From assembly GCA_049516875.1 (NCBI GenBank), contig JBEKSS010000004.1, positions 107,371 through 171,370 on the forward strand: a stretch of DNA of 64,000 nucleotides, in the 5' to 3' direction. The notes under the pieces are model-generated. The model made no database searches. It saw nothing but the letters and a program-made list of their open reading frames with translations, and had not been told where the DNA came from. This document shows, piece after piece, positions 41,623 through 52,373 of this stretch; position 1 is the first letter of the stretch, and the number at the start of each line of letters is the position of its first letter. The stretch is from Candidatus Bathyarchaeia archaeon. Its GTDB lineage: Archaea > Thermoproteota > Bathyarchaeia > Bathyarchaeales > Bathycorpusculaceae. Position numbers and translations under genes: made by a program.

Positions 41623-42390
41623 CAATCACCAAGTCGACTTGGAAATTTCCAACTCCCCTTTTTTGTTCAACAAATGACTACCGACTACCGCGTGCGCGAG
41701 GCATGAAGTTTCCAGCCTCGTCGTTTCTATCAAAGATGAATTCAGTCCTAGCTGGATCATATCAAAGCTCATTCAACTCGTCAAACTAATAGCGCGCTTT
41801 GACCACGCTTTTTGTAACAATCTGTTTTAGAGGCTCCTTCAAGCAATGTTGAAAAGAACATCAATTGTTACAAATGATTTAGCGCGCGCTTCGAGGCCGA
41901 CACACAGGAAGGCGATGTTGCAGCCTGATTTTCTGTAATATAGTATGAGGAAGAGCAGAGGGGCAATATTCATTTTTAGCGCGCGGGTCACGCGAAATAT
42001 GTGGGAACGCAATCTTCACTTCAGTTTTTCTGTTACCTGTTGAATAAACGAAATTCTGGACAGACAGCATTCAAACGCTCAATGTAGGCTAGACGTGTGT
42101 GAAAAGCCAGGGTTCTTTGTTGTATGTTAAGGATTTCTCCATTTCTCTGCGTTTCTGTACTCTACTTTTGGGCCGTCCTGCATGATGACGTCCAATGTCT
42201 TTAGGAAATCCTCTCGTGACAGCCTTCTCCTTCTCTTCATCCTTAAGCCTCAAGAAAAGTTAGCCTAGGACGCGATATAAACGAAATTGCTACAATGCCA
42301 GTATATCCAAAACAGAAACATGCTCCGTGCTGCAGGTAGGAAGGCTAGGATCTTGAAGCTGAACTGGTCCAATTAGCGCGCAAGCGTGTA

Positions 42391-43023
42391 TCAAGTTCCC
42401 TTTCGAGTGTGATGGACTTGGGGCGCTCTTTCTGAACGATGCTTCCCGCATCTCAAGCACACAGTCACCCGTAGATGAAGCAAAACCAGAAGCACAAACT
42501 CCCTTGCAAACGAGTCTAGGAAAGGAGAGGACATGAGAGTTGTCCATTGAAGCTTCAGATAGTACAAGGTTCCAAAGTAGTTTTGGGCCACGAGGTCCCT
42601 CACGGTTTTCAAGGCGTTGTTGAACCTGAAAATGTGGCCCACCTGCAGAATTAGACCGTTGTGTTCTGCAAGTCCAACGAGTTCCCAAGCATGTTTGGCG
42701 CGCATTGCCATTGGTTTCTCCAATAGCACGTGTTTGCCTGCGAGTAATGCTTGTTTGCAGATTTCATGGTGTGTCTCGTTAGGCGTGCAAATGTGAACCG
42801 CGTCTACATTGTTAGAGCTAAGAACTTCTTCGTAGCTTGGCTTCAGCTTTTCTTCGGAGACGCCGAACTTGTCCCTGCAGTACGTCAGGTTTTCATCCTT
42901 CACATCGCAGACCATTGACAAGTCAACGTTGCCGTTTTCCTTGGCAAGCTGAAGATACTCGTTGATCACCTTTTTGCCCCAGTAGCCAGCGCCTATAACT
43001 GCAACATTGAAATTGTCTTTCAA
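42391..43023 (-). pseudogene. Gfo/Idh/MocA oxidoreductase, C-terminally truncated
   Basis: GAGYWG, ICTPNETH, HVLLEKP, VGHIFRFN motifs. Similarity is lost after LKLQWTTLMS (~aa 165), roughly half the usual length. Confidence 0.75.
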
Positions 43024-43107
43024 GGCATACCGCTCCTCTTATCTTCGCGACGCGTTAATATCAGCGCCGAATCTTTCCGCTTTTGGCGAGACATGTAGAC
43101 AGCCACT

Positions 43108-44217
43108 TTATCGGTTTTCGAAGAACTCGTGAATCTGGTCGCAGACAAACTGAATTTGCGTTTCAGAGAGGTCAGGATACATGGGGATGCTCAGACACGT
43201 TTTGCACAGTTCTTCAGCGCGTGGATAAGTCCCATCCTTGAACCCGAACATTTCAACGTAGATAGGCTGCAGATGGATTGGCAGGGGGTAGTGTACGCCG
43301 CATTCAATTCCTTTTGACTGAAGCCATTCGTTAAGTTCGTCGCGCATGCTTGTTCTTACAACGTAGAGATGGTAGACTGGACGAGTGGACTTGTCTCCGG
43401 CTGGAGGAAGACACAGCCCTTCAACGTCTGAAAGCAGTCGATTGTAGGTTTCTGCATTGCTTCTCCTTTTCTTGTTCCATTCGTCAAGATACTTGAGCTG
43501 AACCCTGCCAACAGCTGCATTCACAGTGTTTAAGCGTGCCGTGAAGCCCACTACGTCATGAACATACTTGCTCCTTCTCCCACAGTCCCTCAGTTTGGCA
43601 GCTTTTTGAGCAATCTTCGCGTCGTTCGTGACGAGCATGCCACCGTCGCCGGCAACAGTCATGTTTTTGGACGGATAGAAGCTGAAGCAAGCGACATCGC
43701 CCAAGCCTCCGACTTTTCGACCTTTGTATATGCTCCCGTGCGCTTGACACGCATCCTCAACAACAGCCAACCCCTTCCTCTCGGTTGCTTGCTTTATTGA
43801 ATCGACATCGGCTGGAAACCCGTAAAGATGAACGGGAATAACTGCTCGAGTGTGAGTTTCAACTGCAGCTTTCACCCTTTCAGGATCAATATTGTATGTT
43901 TGCATGTCTATGTCCGCAAACTTTGGCGTTCCGCCACAATGTAGGACGGCATTCGCAGTAGCGACGAACGAAGCGGGAGTGGTGATGACTGAAGCTCCGT
44001 TCTTTACGTCTAGGGCCGTCAAAGCAATTGACAGCGCAGCGGTTCCTGAACTTGTGGAAACGGCACAGTCAACTCCGCAGTACTCTGCAAATTCCTCTTC
44101 AAACTTTGCGACACTCTCTCCAGAGACAAAATGCTCATTCCATAGAGCGTCAACTGCAGCTTTCTCCATCTCTTTCGTAAACGAAGGCCTTGCTAAAGGA
44201 ATCTTCGAATCGTGCAT
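43108..44217 (-). CDS. DegT/DnrJ/EryC1/StrS sugar aminotransferase
   Basis: SSGTAAL, PVHLYG, EDACQAHG and FSFYPSKNMTVAGDGG motifs. Confidence 0.92.
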   Translation of the reverse strand: MHDSKIPLARPSFTKEMEKAAVDALWNEHFVSGESVAKFEEEFAEYCGVDCAVSTSSGTAALSIALTALDVKNGASVITTPASFVATANAVLHCGGTPKFADIDMQTYNIDPERVKAAVETHTRAVIPVHLYGFPADVDSIKQATERKGLAVVEDACQAHGSIYKGRKVGGLGDVACFSFYPSKNMTVAGDGGMLVTNDAKIAQKAAKLRDCGRRSKYVHDVVGFTARLNTVNAAVGRVQLKYLDEWNKKRRSNAETYNRLLSDVEGLCLPPAGDKSTRPVYHLYVVRTSMRDELNEWLQSKGIECGVHYPLPIHLQPIYVEMFGFKDGTYPRAEELCKTCLSIPMYPDLSETQIQFVCDQIHEFFENR

Positions 44218-44286
44218 ACGCTCGAACCATCCCACGACTCTTCTATTTGCGCAAGGATTTGTCCCCACACGCGTGTGACTAATCGC

Positions 44287-44670
44287 CTAACAAGATTCTG
44301 AACCGATACCAGGAGCTTGAACAAGTTGACCCTTGTTGGCCGAAGACTTAAATCCACACTTCCTGCCGTTCATACACATTCTCGTCAACTCTTCCTTCTC
44401 CAGCCTCAAACTCTGTAATTCTCTTACCACACCTGAGTATCTGTTCACGTACGCGACGTACTTTTTTAGAAAGACATCTCCGTCTTCGGTGACTCCATAC
44501 TCTTCCTGGCTGAGCGTCAGGTAGCCTAAGGCGACAGCTTCATCTAGGTATTTCTTCAGAAGTCCAAAACCCAGGTTTGCCGTGCACATTATCCTCGTCT
44601 TCCTCGCACCTTTTCCCGCGGCTTTCAACACGTCCGCAATGATTCCGATTCTGTCTCGATGTTTAGCCAT
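44287..44670 (-). CDS. archaeal winged-HTH regulator
   Basis: RDRIGIIADVL...GARKTRIMCTANL...YGVTEDG pattern. Confidence 0.8.
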   Translation of the reverse strand: MAKHRDRIGIIADVLKAAGKGARKTRIMCTANLGFGLLKKYLDEAVALGYLTLSQEEYGVTEDGDVFLKKYVAYVNRYSGVVRELQSLRLEKEELTRMCMNGRKCGFKSSANKGQLVQAPGIGSESC

Positions 44671-45650
44671 ATATGCCCCCCAAACTCAGACTTATCGCAG
44701 GTTGACTGGTGATCATCTGCTATGGAACAAAGGTGTACTGGGGCTGCTGCAAACACGCATGCTGCACCGCATCCGCTACCCAATCCCTTCCTACCGGAAG
44801 CGGACATAAAAAATTTAAGCAGCAGATGGCCTGGCAACTAGCCCCTTTTCGCCTTCCTCCTTTCTCACTTGAATCCCTGAATAAGCAGGGTAGAACAATG
44901 TATTGAGGAATACTGTATTAAAAACTAATGGAACTTAGTTCTATGACATCAACACTGTAGGCTGTGCCGATTCTACGAATCAAACGATTCAAACAGCCCA
45001 AGCAAACACGTCCTGTCAGGAAGAATTGGTGACAACAGTTTCCATCATCTGCTCAAAGGCTCTTAGCAAAAGATACAGATAGAGACACACATTGGCGCGC
45101 GCCAGGTAGACCGTTCATTATACTATTGGGAAATGGTTAGCCAATGTTTGTGTCCGAAAACCTGATGGCACTGTCAACCTAACCTATTGCATCTGTTTTA
45201 GGGCTTCTTTCATTACTTCTGGCAAGCTGAATCTGATGAATTCCCTAACGGTCTGGGGCGGGTTCTTTTCAACCAAGCCTTGCAAGTGGCAAATCATGCA
45301 ATCGCGAAATCGATTCAACAATTCATAAGATGTACCGCGGGGCCGCTTTCAACGACCCCATCTATGGAATGTTCAGTTCCTTCCTATGCCAAGCTTACGA
45401 AGATTCCAGGGAATTTGCTCGTCCGACAATTCAGATGCCGACAATCACAGACAGCTTGGTCCGTGGTGTGAAGATAACAAAATGTAAAAACTTTGATGAG
45501 GCATGTAGCCAGTGGAAAGAAATCGTGAAACAGGTGACAAGAACGTGCTGCCTCGTGTATTCGCAGAAATGCCGCCAAGACGTGAATCTTCATGAAGCTC
45601 GCGCTTGTTTGCAGTGTATCATGTGGTATAATCGCGTCGCGTGCACGGGC

Positions 45651-46890
45651 TTAGCGGCGAAACGGAAGGAACCGTGCAGCAACCGACTCTTCAACAGCAT
45701 AAAGCTTGAGGCTGTACCGCAACGCGTCAACCGCATGGTCATTCTCCTTCACGTCCTCTTTGTATTCTAGCACTTCACTGATAAGATTAACACATTTGGC
45801 ACTGATGAATATGCGCGGTTTGCCGTCGCCCGCCTTTGGAAAGCGGCCGCCCAGCTCTCTAAGGCCGTCTTCACGCTTGCCATGGTAGCCGCTCGCGTTC
45901 AAGTCTGCCCTGCGAAGCATGTCAATAGTTTCAGGAGCGCTGGGGTCGCATAATACTTCGCCTCGGCCATACGTCTTGGCGAATCCCTTCAAGGCGTTAA
46001 TCAGATCCTCAGTCTTGAGCTGCCTCTCATACAACTCGTCTAGGACGTAGACCCTGCCGTCACCATCATACCCTGTCACCAGGACAGCGGTCGGGTTTGT
46101 CCAGCCGAAGTCGACGCCATACCGAAATTCGCGCAGGTCCGCAAGGTTTGCTTCGGCAACGTTGACTGTAGCGTCAAACTGGAAGCTTCCCGTGCCAACG
46201 GTCGCGAAGCGCCCGAAGATGAAGCGCTCGGCAAGGGCACCCTTGTGGCTTCTCTCCACTTCCTCCAGAAACTGTTTCGGCAATCGAGGGTTATCGTAGA
46301 TGCTCCACCTGTACACCTTGCTCTCAGGATCCCTTGTCCTGGGATTCTCGAAGAAGTTGTAAAGCGGACTGTTAGGCTGATCAGGCGTCGTCGTCACCCA
46401 GGCACCTCGGGGATAAGGAACCGCAGAGTTCGAACCCCTAAGACGCCGAGTGATGACCTGCCAGCTGAGGCAAGTTTCTAACCAGGCGGGCCTCGTCGAC
46501 GTGGGCAAAGTCGATGTTAAGGTCCTCAGCACGTTCAGGATCCTCAAGACTTGCAAACCACAAGACTGAACCGTTCGCAAACTCAAGCTTCATAGTCCCC
46601 CTGTTGAAGCTTCTAATCAGCCCGTTAGCCTCAAGCGGCCTGCCCAGCAACAGGTCACTCTCAAGCGTCGGAATCAGAATACGCTCAACCATCCTAAAGG
46701 TAGGCTCGAAAACGTATCCCACGACCCCAGGCAGTTCAATGCACCAACGAACATCCTCAGCAAGCCCGCACAGCGTCTTGCCCGCCCCGGTGCCGCAGCT
46801 CACAAGCCTAAAAAACACCCTGTACGCATCATCATGGAACTCACACTGCTTCGCATGCCCACGGTACCTAGGATACCTGAGAGTCGTCAA
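45651..46890 (-). pseudogene. terL: terminase large subunit (PBSX-like), frameshifted near 46470
   Basis: Walker A CGTGAGKT, Walker B FAHVDEA, TTTP, SIYDNP, nuclease GVDFGWTNPTA and NDHAVDALRY motifs. Confidence 0.85.
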
Positions 46891-47338
46891 CCGGCGTTGC
46901 CTTACCATCCCGACCAACCCTACGAAACCTTCTTCCAACCATCATAACCCTCTCCTCAACCTTCATCGGCTCCGCCTGCAACAGGCCCAAGCCCTGGCGA
47001 AAACGCACGTCCTCCTTCACAGCGTCAAGATACAAACGCAGAGCCGCAACCCTAATCATACCCTCCTCACGCAGTTAAGTCCGATAAGCCTCCACCTTCG
47101 CCTCCTCAAGCTCAGCCAATCTGTCAAAAACAACAGTGTCCTTCCCTCCCTCCCCGGTCTTAAACAGTATCGCCAACCACTCCAAACGGATCTTCCAGTC
47201 CCGCCAGATCGTACGCTCACTGCAGCTGAACTCCTCACTCAGCATCTTGGCGGACTCTCGGATACTCAGCCCCGCGGTTGTCAGATGAATCAACCTCTTC
47301 CGCCGCTCCACTATCTTCGACAGTCCCCTAGAGCCCAA
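46868..47338 (-). pseudogene. terminase small subunit-like HTH gene with an in-frame TAA at 47075
   Basis: GLSIRESAKML...CSERTIWRDW HTH; the frame continues after AYRT* as LREEGMIRVAAL...QGLGLL; its end overlaps the terL start. Confidence 0.65.
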
Positions 47339-47478
47339 ATAAAAAACCCCAAAACGCTGACATTCCGTGTCAGATGCCTTGCCGACTCTAGTTTCTGCGA
47401 ACGCGCTGAAACGTTACAGGCGCGCACGCTGTTCCTAGATTTAGAAGCTAGCTCAGAATTCTTAGTAGATATAGGTGT

Positions 47479-47832
47479 TTATGAGTATTCTCTGAAGGTG
47501 TAGTTGCATTTTGTGCAGCGTAGAAATTGGGTTGAGGATTCGTCCGCGCCTCTTGTCTGCACTTGCCACACGAACGCCAGGTTGTTCCCGCATTTTGGGC
47601 ATTCCATTCTCACAGTGGGCAGGGTTCTCAGTTTCTGTTCTTCTTTGCCTATCACTGCCACGAGCTGTGTTGGCTTGTGCTGGAAAACCTTGGCGACTTT
47701 GGGTTCAACATTCTTGCTTGCGGCCGGTTTTTTGTAGCCGCATTTTGTGCAGGCCAGCACTAGCGATTTTTCTGTTCCAGTTTTTCCTTTCTTAGGTTCG
47801 AGTCGGGAACCGCATTTTGGGCAAAATTCCAT
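47479..47832 (-). CDS. tfs: transcription elongation factor TFS
   Basis: MEFCPKCGS...CTKCG and CPKCG...QTRGADESSTQFLRCTKC, with the acidic DE hairpin. Confidence 0.92.
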   Translation of the reverse strand: MEFCPKCGSRLEPKKGKTGTEKSLVLACTKCGYKKPAASKNVEPKVAKVFQHKPTQLVAVIGKEEQKLRTLPTVRMECPKCGNNLAFVWQVQTRGADESSTQFLRCTKCNYTFREYS

Positions 47833-47913
47833 GGGTTGTTTCCCCGTCTGTTCGTTTCTTTAGCCTTAGCAAAGTCTCTTTTAAACTTTTTTATGTTGAG
47901 CTAAGTATTCAGG

Positions 47914-48498
47914 CTAAGCCTGACTGGTGCCTGAGGCGATTAGATGCGCGACGCGGAGGGCTTCGGGAACGCTGCTCCGCGTGGATGTGAGCTCCAAAAT
48001 CTTCCGCGCGTCGCTTTCGCTGGCGCCGCAGACTTCCATGTAAACCTTCTCGTCCCTGTTTCTGGTCTGCACTTCGAAAACCTGTCCGGCGTTCTGAACG
48101 GCTTTCCAGCGTTTCGCGCTGTTCGGCAGATTCTTCACCGCCGCATGTATCTCTTTGAAGTTGGGTTTGTCTCGTGTGACCACGATGACGGGCAGGTTTG
48201 TGAGGGCGTAGAGTTTCTTGATGTCGACCACGTTGAAACCGCCGAACGTGACCCCGTCGAGCAGGATGACTCTCACCTGACGGTGGTGTGGGGAATCAAC
48301 TATCATGGAGGCTATCCTGTCTGTTGCGTCGAAACCGTCAACCTTGACCTTGGTGCTCAGCACACCGTCGAGCCAGTAGCCGCCGCGGAAGATGACGCCG
48401 ACAACCGAGGCGAAGCCATGATGAGGACTGAATGACCCATCGTCAACTCCTAGAACACGGATTTCAGGCTTGATGGTGCGAAACCTTTTCACGGACAA
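47914..48498 (-). CDS. DUF99-family (endonuclease V-like) protein
   Basis: RVLGVDDG, VDGFDAT, LDGVTFGGFNVVD and PEALRVAHLIA motifs. The ORF-track upstream extension is spurious. Confidence 0.85.
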   Translation of the reverse strand: MSVKRFRTIKPEIRVLGVDDGSFSPHHGFASVVGVIFRGGYWLDGVLSTKVKVDGFDATDRIASMIVDSPHHRQVRVILLDGVTFGGFNVVDIKKLYALTNLPVIVVTRDKPNFKEIHAAVKNLPNSAKRWKAVQNAGQVFEVQTRNRDEKVYMEVCGASESDARKILELTSTRSSVPEALRVAHLIASGTSQA

Positions 48499-48585
48499 GA
48501 CATTTCCTCGGTGACTGTCAACGTTACAGTGAGGGGCAGCGATTATAAGCTTGATGAACGGAAGCGGTGAACGGGGGTTTGAGGT

Positions 48586-48975
48586 TTGGGTAGGAGGGCA
48601 TTTTCCTTTCAGACGGTTCGCGGGAGCCTTGCCGAAGTCTTGGCGGACCGTGATCTGGCTTCGTTGGGAGACGCGTTCGTGAACTTTGCGTATTCGCTTG
48701 CGCTGTCGAACAGGAGGCGGAAGCCGTTGGGTGTGAGAGTTAAGGGAAGCGTGCTCGCCGAAGGCTTGAGGAGGGCTGGGCTGAGGGAGTGTTTGGGTGG
48801 GAGGATGACTAGGCACGCGCTTGCGGACGCGGCGGAAGCGTTGATTGCGTATGCTTGGCTCAACGGTTACGTCACTCTGGACGAGTGTGTGGCTGTGATG
48901 GGGAAGACTGTAGACGCGGTTGAGGGTTTGAGCGCGTTGTTGGCAACGGTGAAAAAGAAGGTTACTTTTCCTTGA
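48586..48975 (+). CDS. archaeal RNase III-like domain protein
   Basis: LASLGDAFVNF...LADAAEALIAYAW motifs. Confidence 0.75.
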   Translation: MGRRAFSFQTVRGSLAEVLADRDLASLGDAFVNFAYSLALSNRRRKPLGVRVKGSVLAEGLRRAGLRECLGGRMTRHALADAAEALIAYAWLNGYVTLDECVAVMGKTVDAVEGLSALLATVKKKVTFP

Positions 48976-49246
48976 GAGCCCTAGTGAATTCTTTGTTGAA
49001 TTCCTTGTTCATTTCGCGCGCGTTTCCCAAGGCGCTTCGCAAAACCTGTTCGGGCTTGACGGTGCCCTTCGTGCGGACGTAGATTACGGCGTTGGGAGTC
49101 ATGGGGTGGGGTATGTCGTAGCCGGCCAGGTCCACGTTTTTTTCTTCCAATATTTTCTTCTGCAGGAGGTTGCACACCGTGTGGCCGGCTCCTTCGATTT
49201 CAATCTTGAGTTCGTTTGAGGTTTTTTTGAGCACGTTAACTTTCAT
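48962..49246 (-). CDS. rpoL: RNA polymerase subunit L (Rpo11)
   Basis: IEGAGHTVCNLL...AGYDIPHP motifs. Confidence 0.92.
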   Translation of the reverse strand: MKVNVLKKTSNELKIEIEGAGHTVCNLLQKKILEEKNVDLAGYDIPHPMTPNAVIYVRTKGTVKPEQVLRSALGNAREMNKEFNKEFTRALKEK

Positions 49247-49874
49247 CCGGGCTCTCCTTCCTGTGGGGTATCAACCCTTTTCCATAATCAGAAGCTGTCT
49301 TGCGTTTTTCGATTCTTCCGCACTTTGGACAGTGCATGCCTTGGCGTTTGGGTTCGAGCAGTGCGCCGCAGTTTGAGCAGAAGGCGTAGACGACGCCGAG
49401 GTTCTTGTCTTTTGTGGACAGGTGGTAGCTTCTGTTCTTTTCGCTGACCACTTGCGCCCTTATGATGTCGCCGGCTTTGCAGACGTCGTACATCGAGTCC
49501 ACGTAACTCAGTGCCACGTCGGAAACGTGGAGGATGCCCGTGAAGACGCCGTTGATTTCTTCTTCGCCGATTTCGAAGATGCGTGCGCCAGCGGTGTCTG
49601 ACTGTGCGTTCGAAACCTGTGCGAGAACCGTGGTGCCCACGGTTGGAACCCTTGAGGGGCCTGTGAGCTGGTGGACTTGGACGCGTCTGTGAACTAGGTC
49701 GATGAGGACGCGGCCGATGACCTTGGAGTAGATTACGCCGTCTTTGACGTATGTTCCGGCGTCGGGGATGAACTCTTCAATCACGCCTAGGCGGTCTCCG
49801 GGCACGGCTAGCTTGCCGGTTTTCTGTTCGCCCTGTTTTGAACTCATCGTGTTTTTTTTCTCCTCGTCTTTCAC
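49236..49874 (-). CDS. csl4: exosome RNA-binding protein Csl4
   Basis: VPGDRLGVIEEF, S1 domain, LGVVYAFCSNCG...CPKCG..EKRK; lies upstream of rpoL as usual. Confidence 0.92.
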   Translation of the reverse strand: MKDEEKKNTMSSKQGEQKTGKLAVPGDRLGVIEEFIPDAGTYVKDGVIYSKVIGRVLIDLVHRRVQVHQLTGPSRVPTVGTTVLAQVSNAQSDTAGARIFEIGEEEINGVFTGILHVSDVALSYVDSMYDVCKAGDIIRAQVVSEKNRSYHLSTKDKNLGVVYAFCSNCGALLEPKRQGMHCPKCGRIEKRKTASDYGKGLIPHRKESPDES

Positions 49875-50009
49875 GTTCGCGTCTGATGCTTGTTGGACGC
49901 GGGCGTTGAGTGAGCGTTTATAACTGTACTTTATGTGCCTGTGAATAAACCTTTTGATGAGACACGTTGGTTTGTAGGCTCATCATCTGGGAAGAAACAT
50001 GGTGTGGCT

Positions 50010-50220
50010 TTGTGTTGTGTTTTGAGTCCTTGTGTTTGAGTACTCACTCCGTGATTTCTTTGAGTGTCAAAACATTGTTGAAGCATGTTGTTTCCGTGCT
50101 TTTTTTACTCAATTCTGCGAGGTTTTTGAGTGTCAAAACGTCGTTGTGGCGTGTTGGATGCGATGTTGAATTCGAGTTCCTGTGTTTGAGTGCTCAAACG
50201 GTGGTTTTTTTGTGGCTCAG
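50010..50220. repeat. ~3 degenerate tandem units with TTTGAGnnCTCAAA / TTTGAGTGTCAAAAC motifs
   Basis: TTTGAGTGTCAAAAC occurs twice, TGTGTTTGAGT(A/G)CTCA twice, and the repeat matches 1024-1086. Confidence 0.65.
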
Positions 50221-50349
50221 ATTGGAGTTAGCGGGTGCGTTTGATGGGTGACTCTGCCTTGTTCTGGTGGCCCTTGGGGCTGTCCTGTGTTTTTTTAGGC
50301 TTTTCCAAAAGTTTGTTGTCTCGTGTGTTTGCAGCTTTGTTGTTGCGTT

Positions 50350-51702
50350 TCAATTCATGAATCGTTCAACGACGTTGTAGAGGACGCTTGTTCCGAACAC
50401 GAGATTCTCTGTCGATATTCGTTCATCTATCCCGTGGATGGTCTGCTGCATTTCCGAGTATGACGTTTCTGGACGGATAGGGTGAAAGCCGTAGCACACG
50501 CTGCCCATTTTTCTGAAGAAGCGGGAATCCGTTCCGCCGGTAAGCATGACCGGGGCCAAGCCGCTTTGGGGTTCAAACTCTTTCAAAACGTGCGCGATCA
50601 GCTCATAGAGCGAGGTGTTTAACGGTGACTCGGAGGGCTCATACGCGCGGATTGTTTCAAGGCTCAGTTTGTCTAAGCCCGCGTGTTTTAAGAGTTGTTT
50701 GACTTGGCTCAAGGCTTTCGTCGGGGTTTGACCGGGGAGGACTCGACAGTCGAAGACTGCCTCACACTCTGATGGGATTATGTTTTCCTTTACTCCGCCA
50801 TGGATGATAGTGGGTGCAACTGTCATTCTGAGTCTAGCTCGAAGCTCTTCCGCTAGGTACTTGTCTTTCTGAGCCAGTTTGTCCAATATCTGGTCACTCT
50901 TGATTGGGTTTCTGAGCAGAGCTGACAAGTCTCGAAGCTCGCTGGACTTTGCGAGTTCACCTAGATACTGTTTAACGGTTGGAACAAGCGAGACTTCCGG
51001 GCGGTAACCACCAAGCTTCTCAACGACCTTGTTCATCCGCAAGATCGCATTATCAGCAGCACCGGGCACTGAGCCGTGACCAGGCGTTCCGCCTGCCTTG
51101 ACCTTGAACCACAGTATGCCCTTCTCCGCAGTGTTTATGGTGAACACGTTTTTTCCATCGACCTTCATCGCCATCCCTCCGCCCTCGTTCAAAACATAGT
51201 CCGCTCGGACTTTGTCCGGATGGTTTCGAACGAGCCAGCCTGCGCCTGCCTCGCCGCCTTTCTCCTCGTCGGCCGTTGCGGCCAGTATCACGTCGCCCTT
51301 GAGTTTCACGCGGTTTCTTTTCAGAAGCTTCAGAGCCATCACCTCGACCGCCGTCATCCCCTTCATGTCCAATGCGCCGCGGCCCCAAACGAAACCGTCT
51401 TTCACCATGCCGCTGAACGGATCAACACTCCATTCCTTCGCGTTTGCAGCCACAACATCCAAATGTGAAAGCAAAAGCAAACTCGGCTTACTGCCCACTC
51501 CTTTGAGCCGAGTCACCACGCTGCCTCTTCCAGCCTCGGACTCGAACAGTTCACATCTGAAACCATCATGCTTCAATGTTTCTGCAACGTACTTGGCGGC
51601 TGCAGTCTCGTTTCCCGGTGGATTGGTCGTGTTTATTCGAATGAGTTCGCTCAGAAAACTGGTGACTTCTTCTTCGACTTGTCGAAACAGTTTCGTACGC
51701 AT
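50350..51702 (-). CDS. M20 metallopeptidase (DapE/ArgE-like)
   Basis: NPPGNE, SHLDVV, GRGALDMKG, ADEE, GGTDSRF and HGIDER motifs. Confidence 0.9.
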   Translation of the reverse strand: MRTKLFRQVEEEVTSFLSELIRINTTNPPGNETAAAKYVAETLKHDGFRCELFESEAGRGSVVTRLKGVGSKPSLLLLSHLDVVAANAKEWSVDPFSGMVKDGFVWGRGALDMKGMTAVEVMALKLLKRNRVKLKGDVILAATADEEKGGEAGAGWLVRNHPDKVRADYVLNEGGGMAMKVDGKNVFTINTAEKGILWFKVKAGGTPGHGSVPGAADNAILRMNKVVEKLGGYRPEVSLVPTVKQYLGELAKSSELRDLSALLRNPIKSDQILDKLAQKDKYLAEELRARLRMTVAPTIIHGGVKENIIPSECEAVFDCRVLPGQTPTKALSQVKQLLKHAGLDKLSLETIRAYEPSESPLNTSLYELIAHVLKEFEPQSGLAPVMLTGGTDSRFFRKMGSVCYGFHPIRPETSYSEMQQTIHGIDERISTENLVFGTSVLYNVVERFMN

Positions 51703-52010
51703 CCTTCGTCGCCTGCTGTTCAGTTTGTGATGCTGATTGCTTAAGACTTTCTGCGTAGACCACGTGAACGGTTCAACACGCCAAAATCTTGCACGTGTGA
51801 TTCTGGGCTGCTTCACATATGGTTCAACTAATCACTATCAAGTAGCACGCACGAAGAGTGCGGGAATTGCGACAGAAAGGTGTAGCGAAACAGGCGTTTT
51901 CTTTTCGGAAGGACACGAGTGAACTGTTGTGGTAGCAGGCCACGACCCACTCAATTCACCAAAAGTCTTAAAACATGTCGTTTATGAATGATTTAGTCGG
52001 AGAAACGTCT

Positions 52011-52373
52011 ATGGTTTACTGCACAAAGTGTGGAGCTCAGAACCCTGACGACGCCAAGACGTGCACCCAATGCGGCGCTTCATTGTACGCGACGGGAGAA
52101 ACAGGTCGACAACGAGTCGAGGATGAGTGTGGGGGAAGCCGCCGTCGCGGCGAACCGTACAGACGAATGGAATATGAGTGCTTCGGTATCCCGAGAGGCG
52201 GCGCGGTTGTGGGTATCGCTATAGGCGTCATCATTTTGCTCGCAGGCATCATATACTTCATGCAGCAAGCGAACCTGATTTCGTCAAGCGTCAGTGTGTG
52301 GCCGTTTGTGATAATCATCTTTGGAATTCTACTTATCGTCGGCGCTCTGTACGGGCTGAGTCGAAGACGCTAA
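52011..52373 (+). CDS. zinc-ribbon membrane protein
   Basis: YCTKCGAQNPDDAKTCTQCG, ECFGIP and two TM segments. Confidence 0.8.
   Translation: MVYCTKCGAQNPDDAKTCTQCGASLYATGETGRQRVEDECGGSRRRGEPYRRMEYECFGIPRGGAVVGIAIGVIILLAGIIYFMQQANLISSSVSVWPFVIIIFGILLIVGALYGLSRRR

Noticed and set aside
45330-45770. 146-aa ORF next to terL
   Set aside because: Overlaps the terL end and has no recognisable domain; probably fragment debris.
46514-47503. 329-aa plus-strand ORF
   Set aside because: Antisense shadow of terS/terL in GC-rich DNA, with no motifs.
48499-48816. Long N-terminal extension of the DUF99 ORF
   Set aside because: Overlaps the RNase III-like gene on the opposite strand; family similarity starts near 48490.
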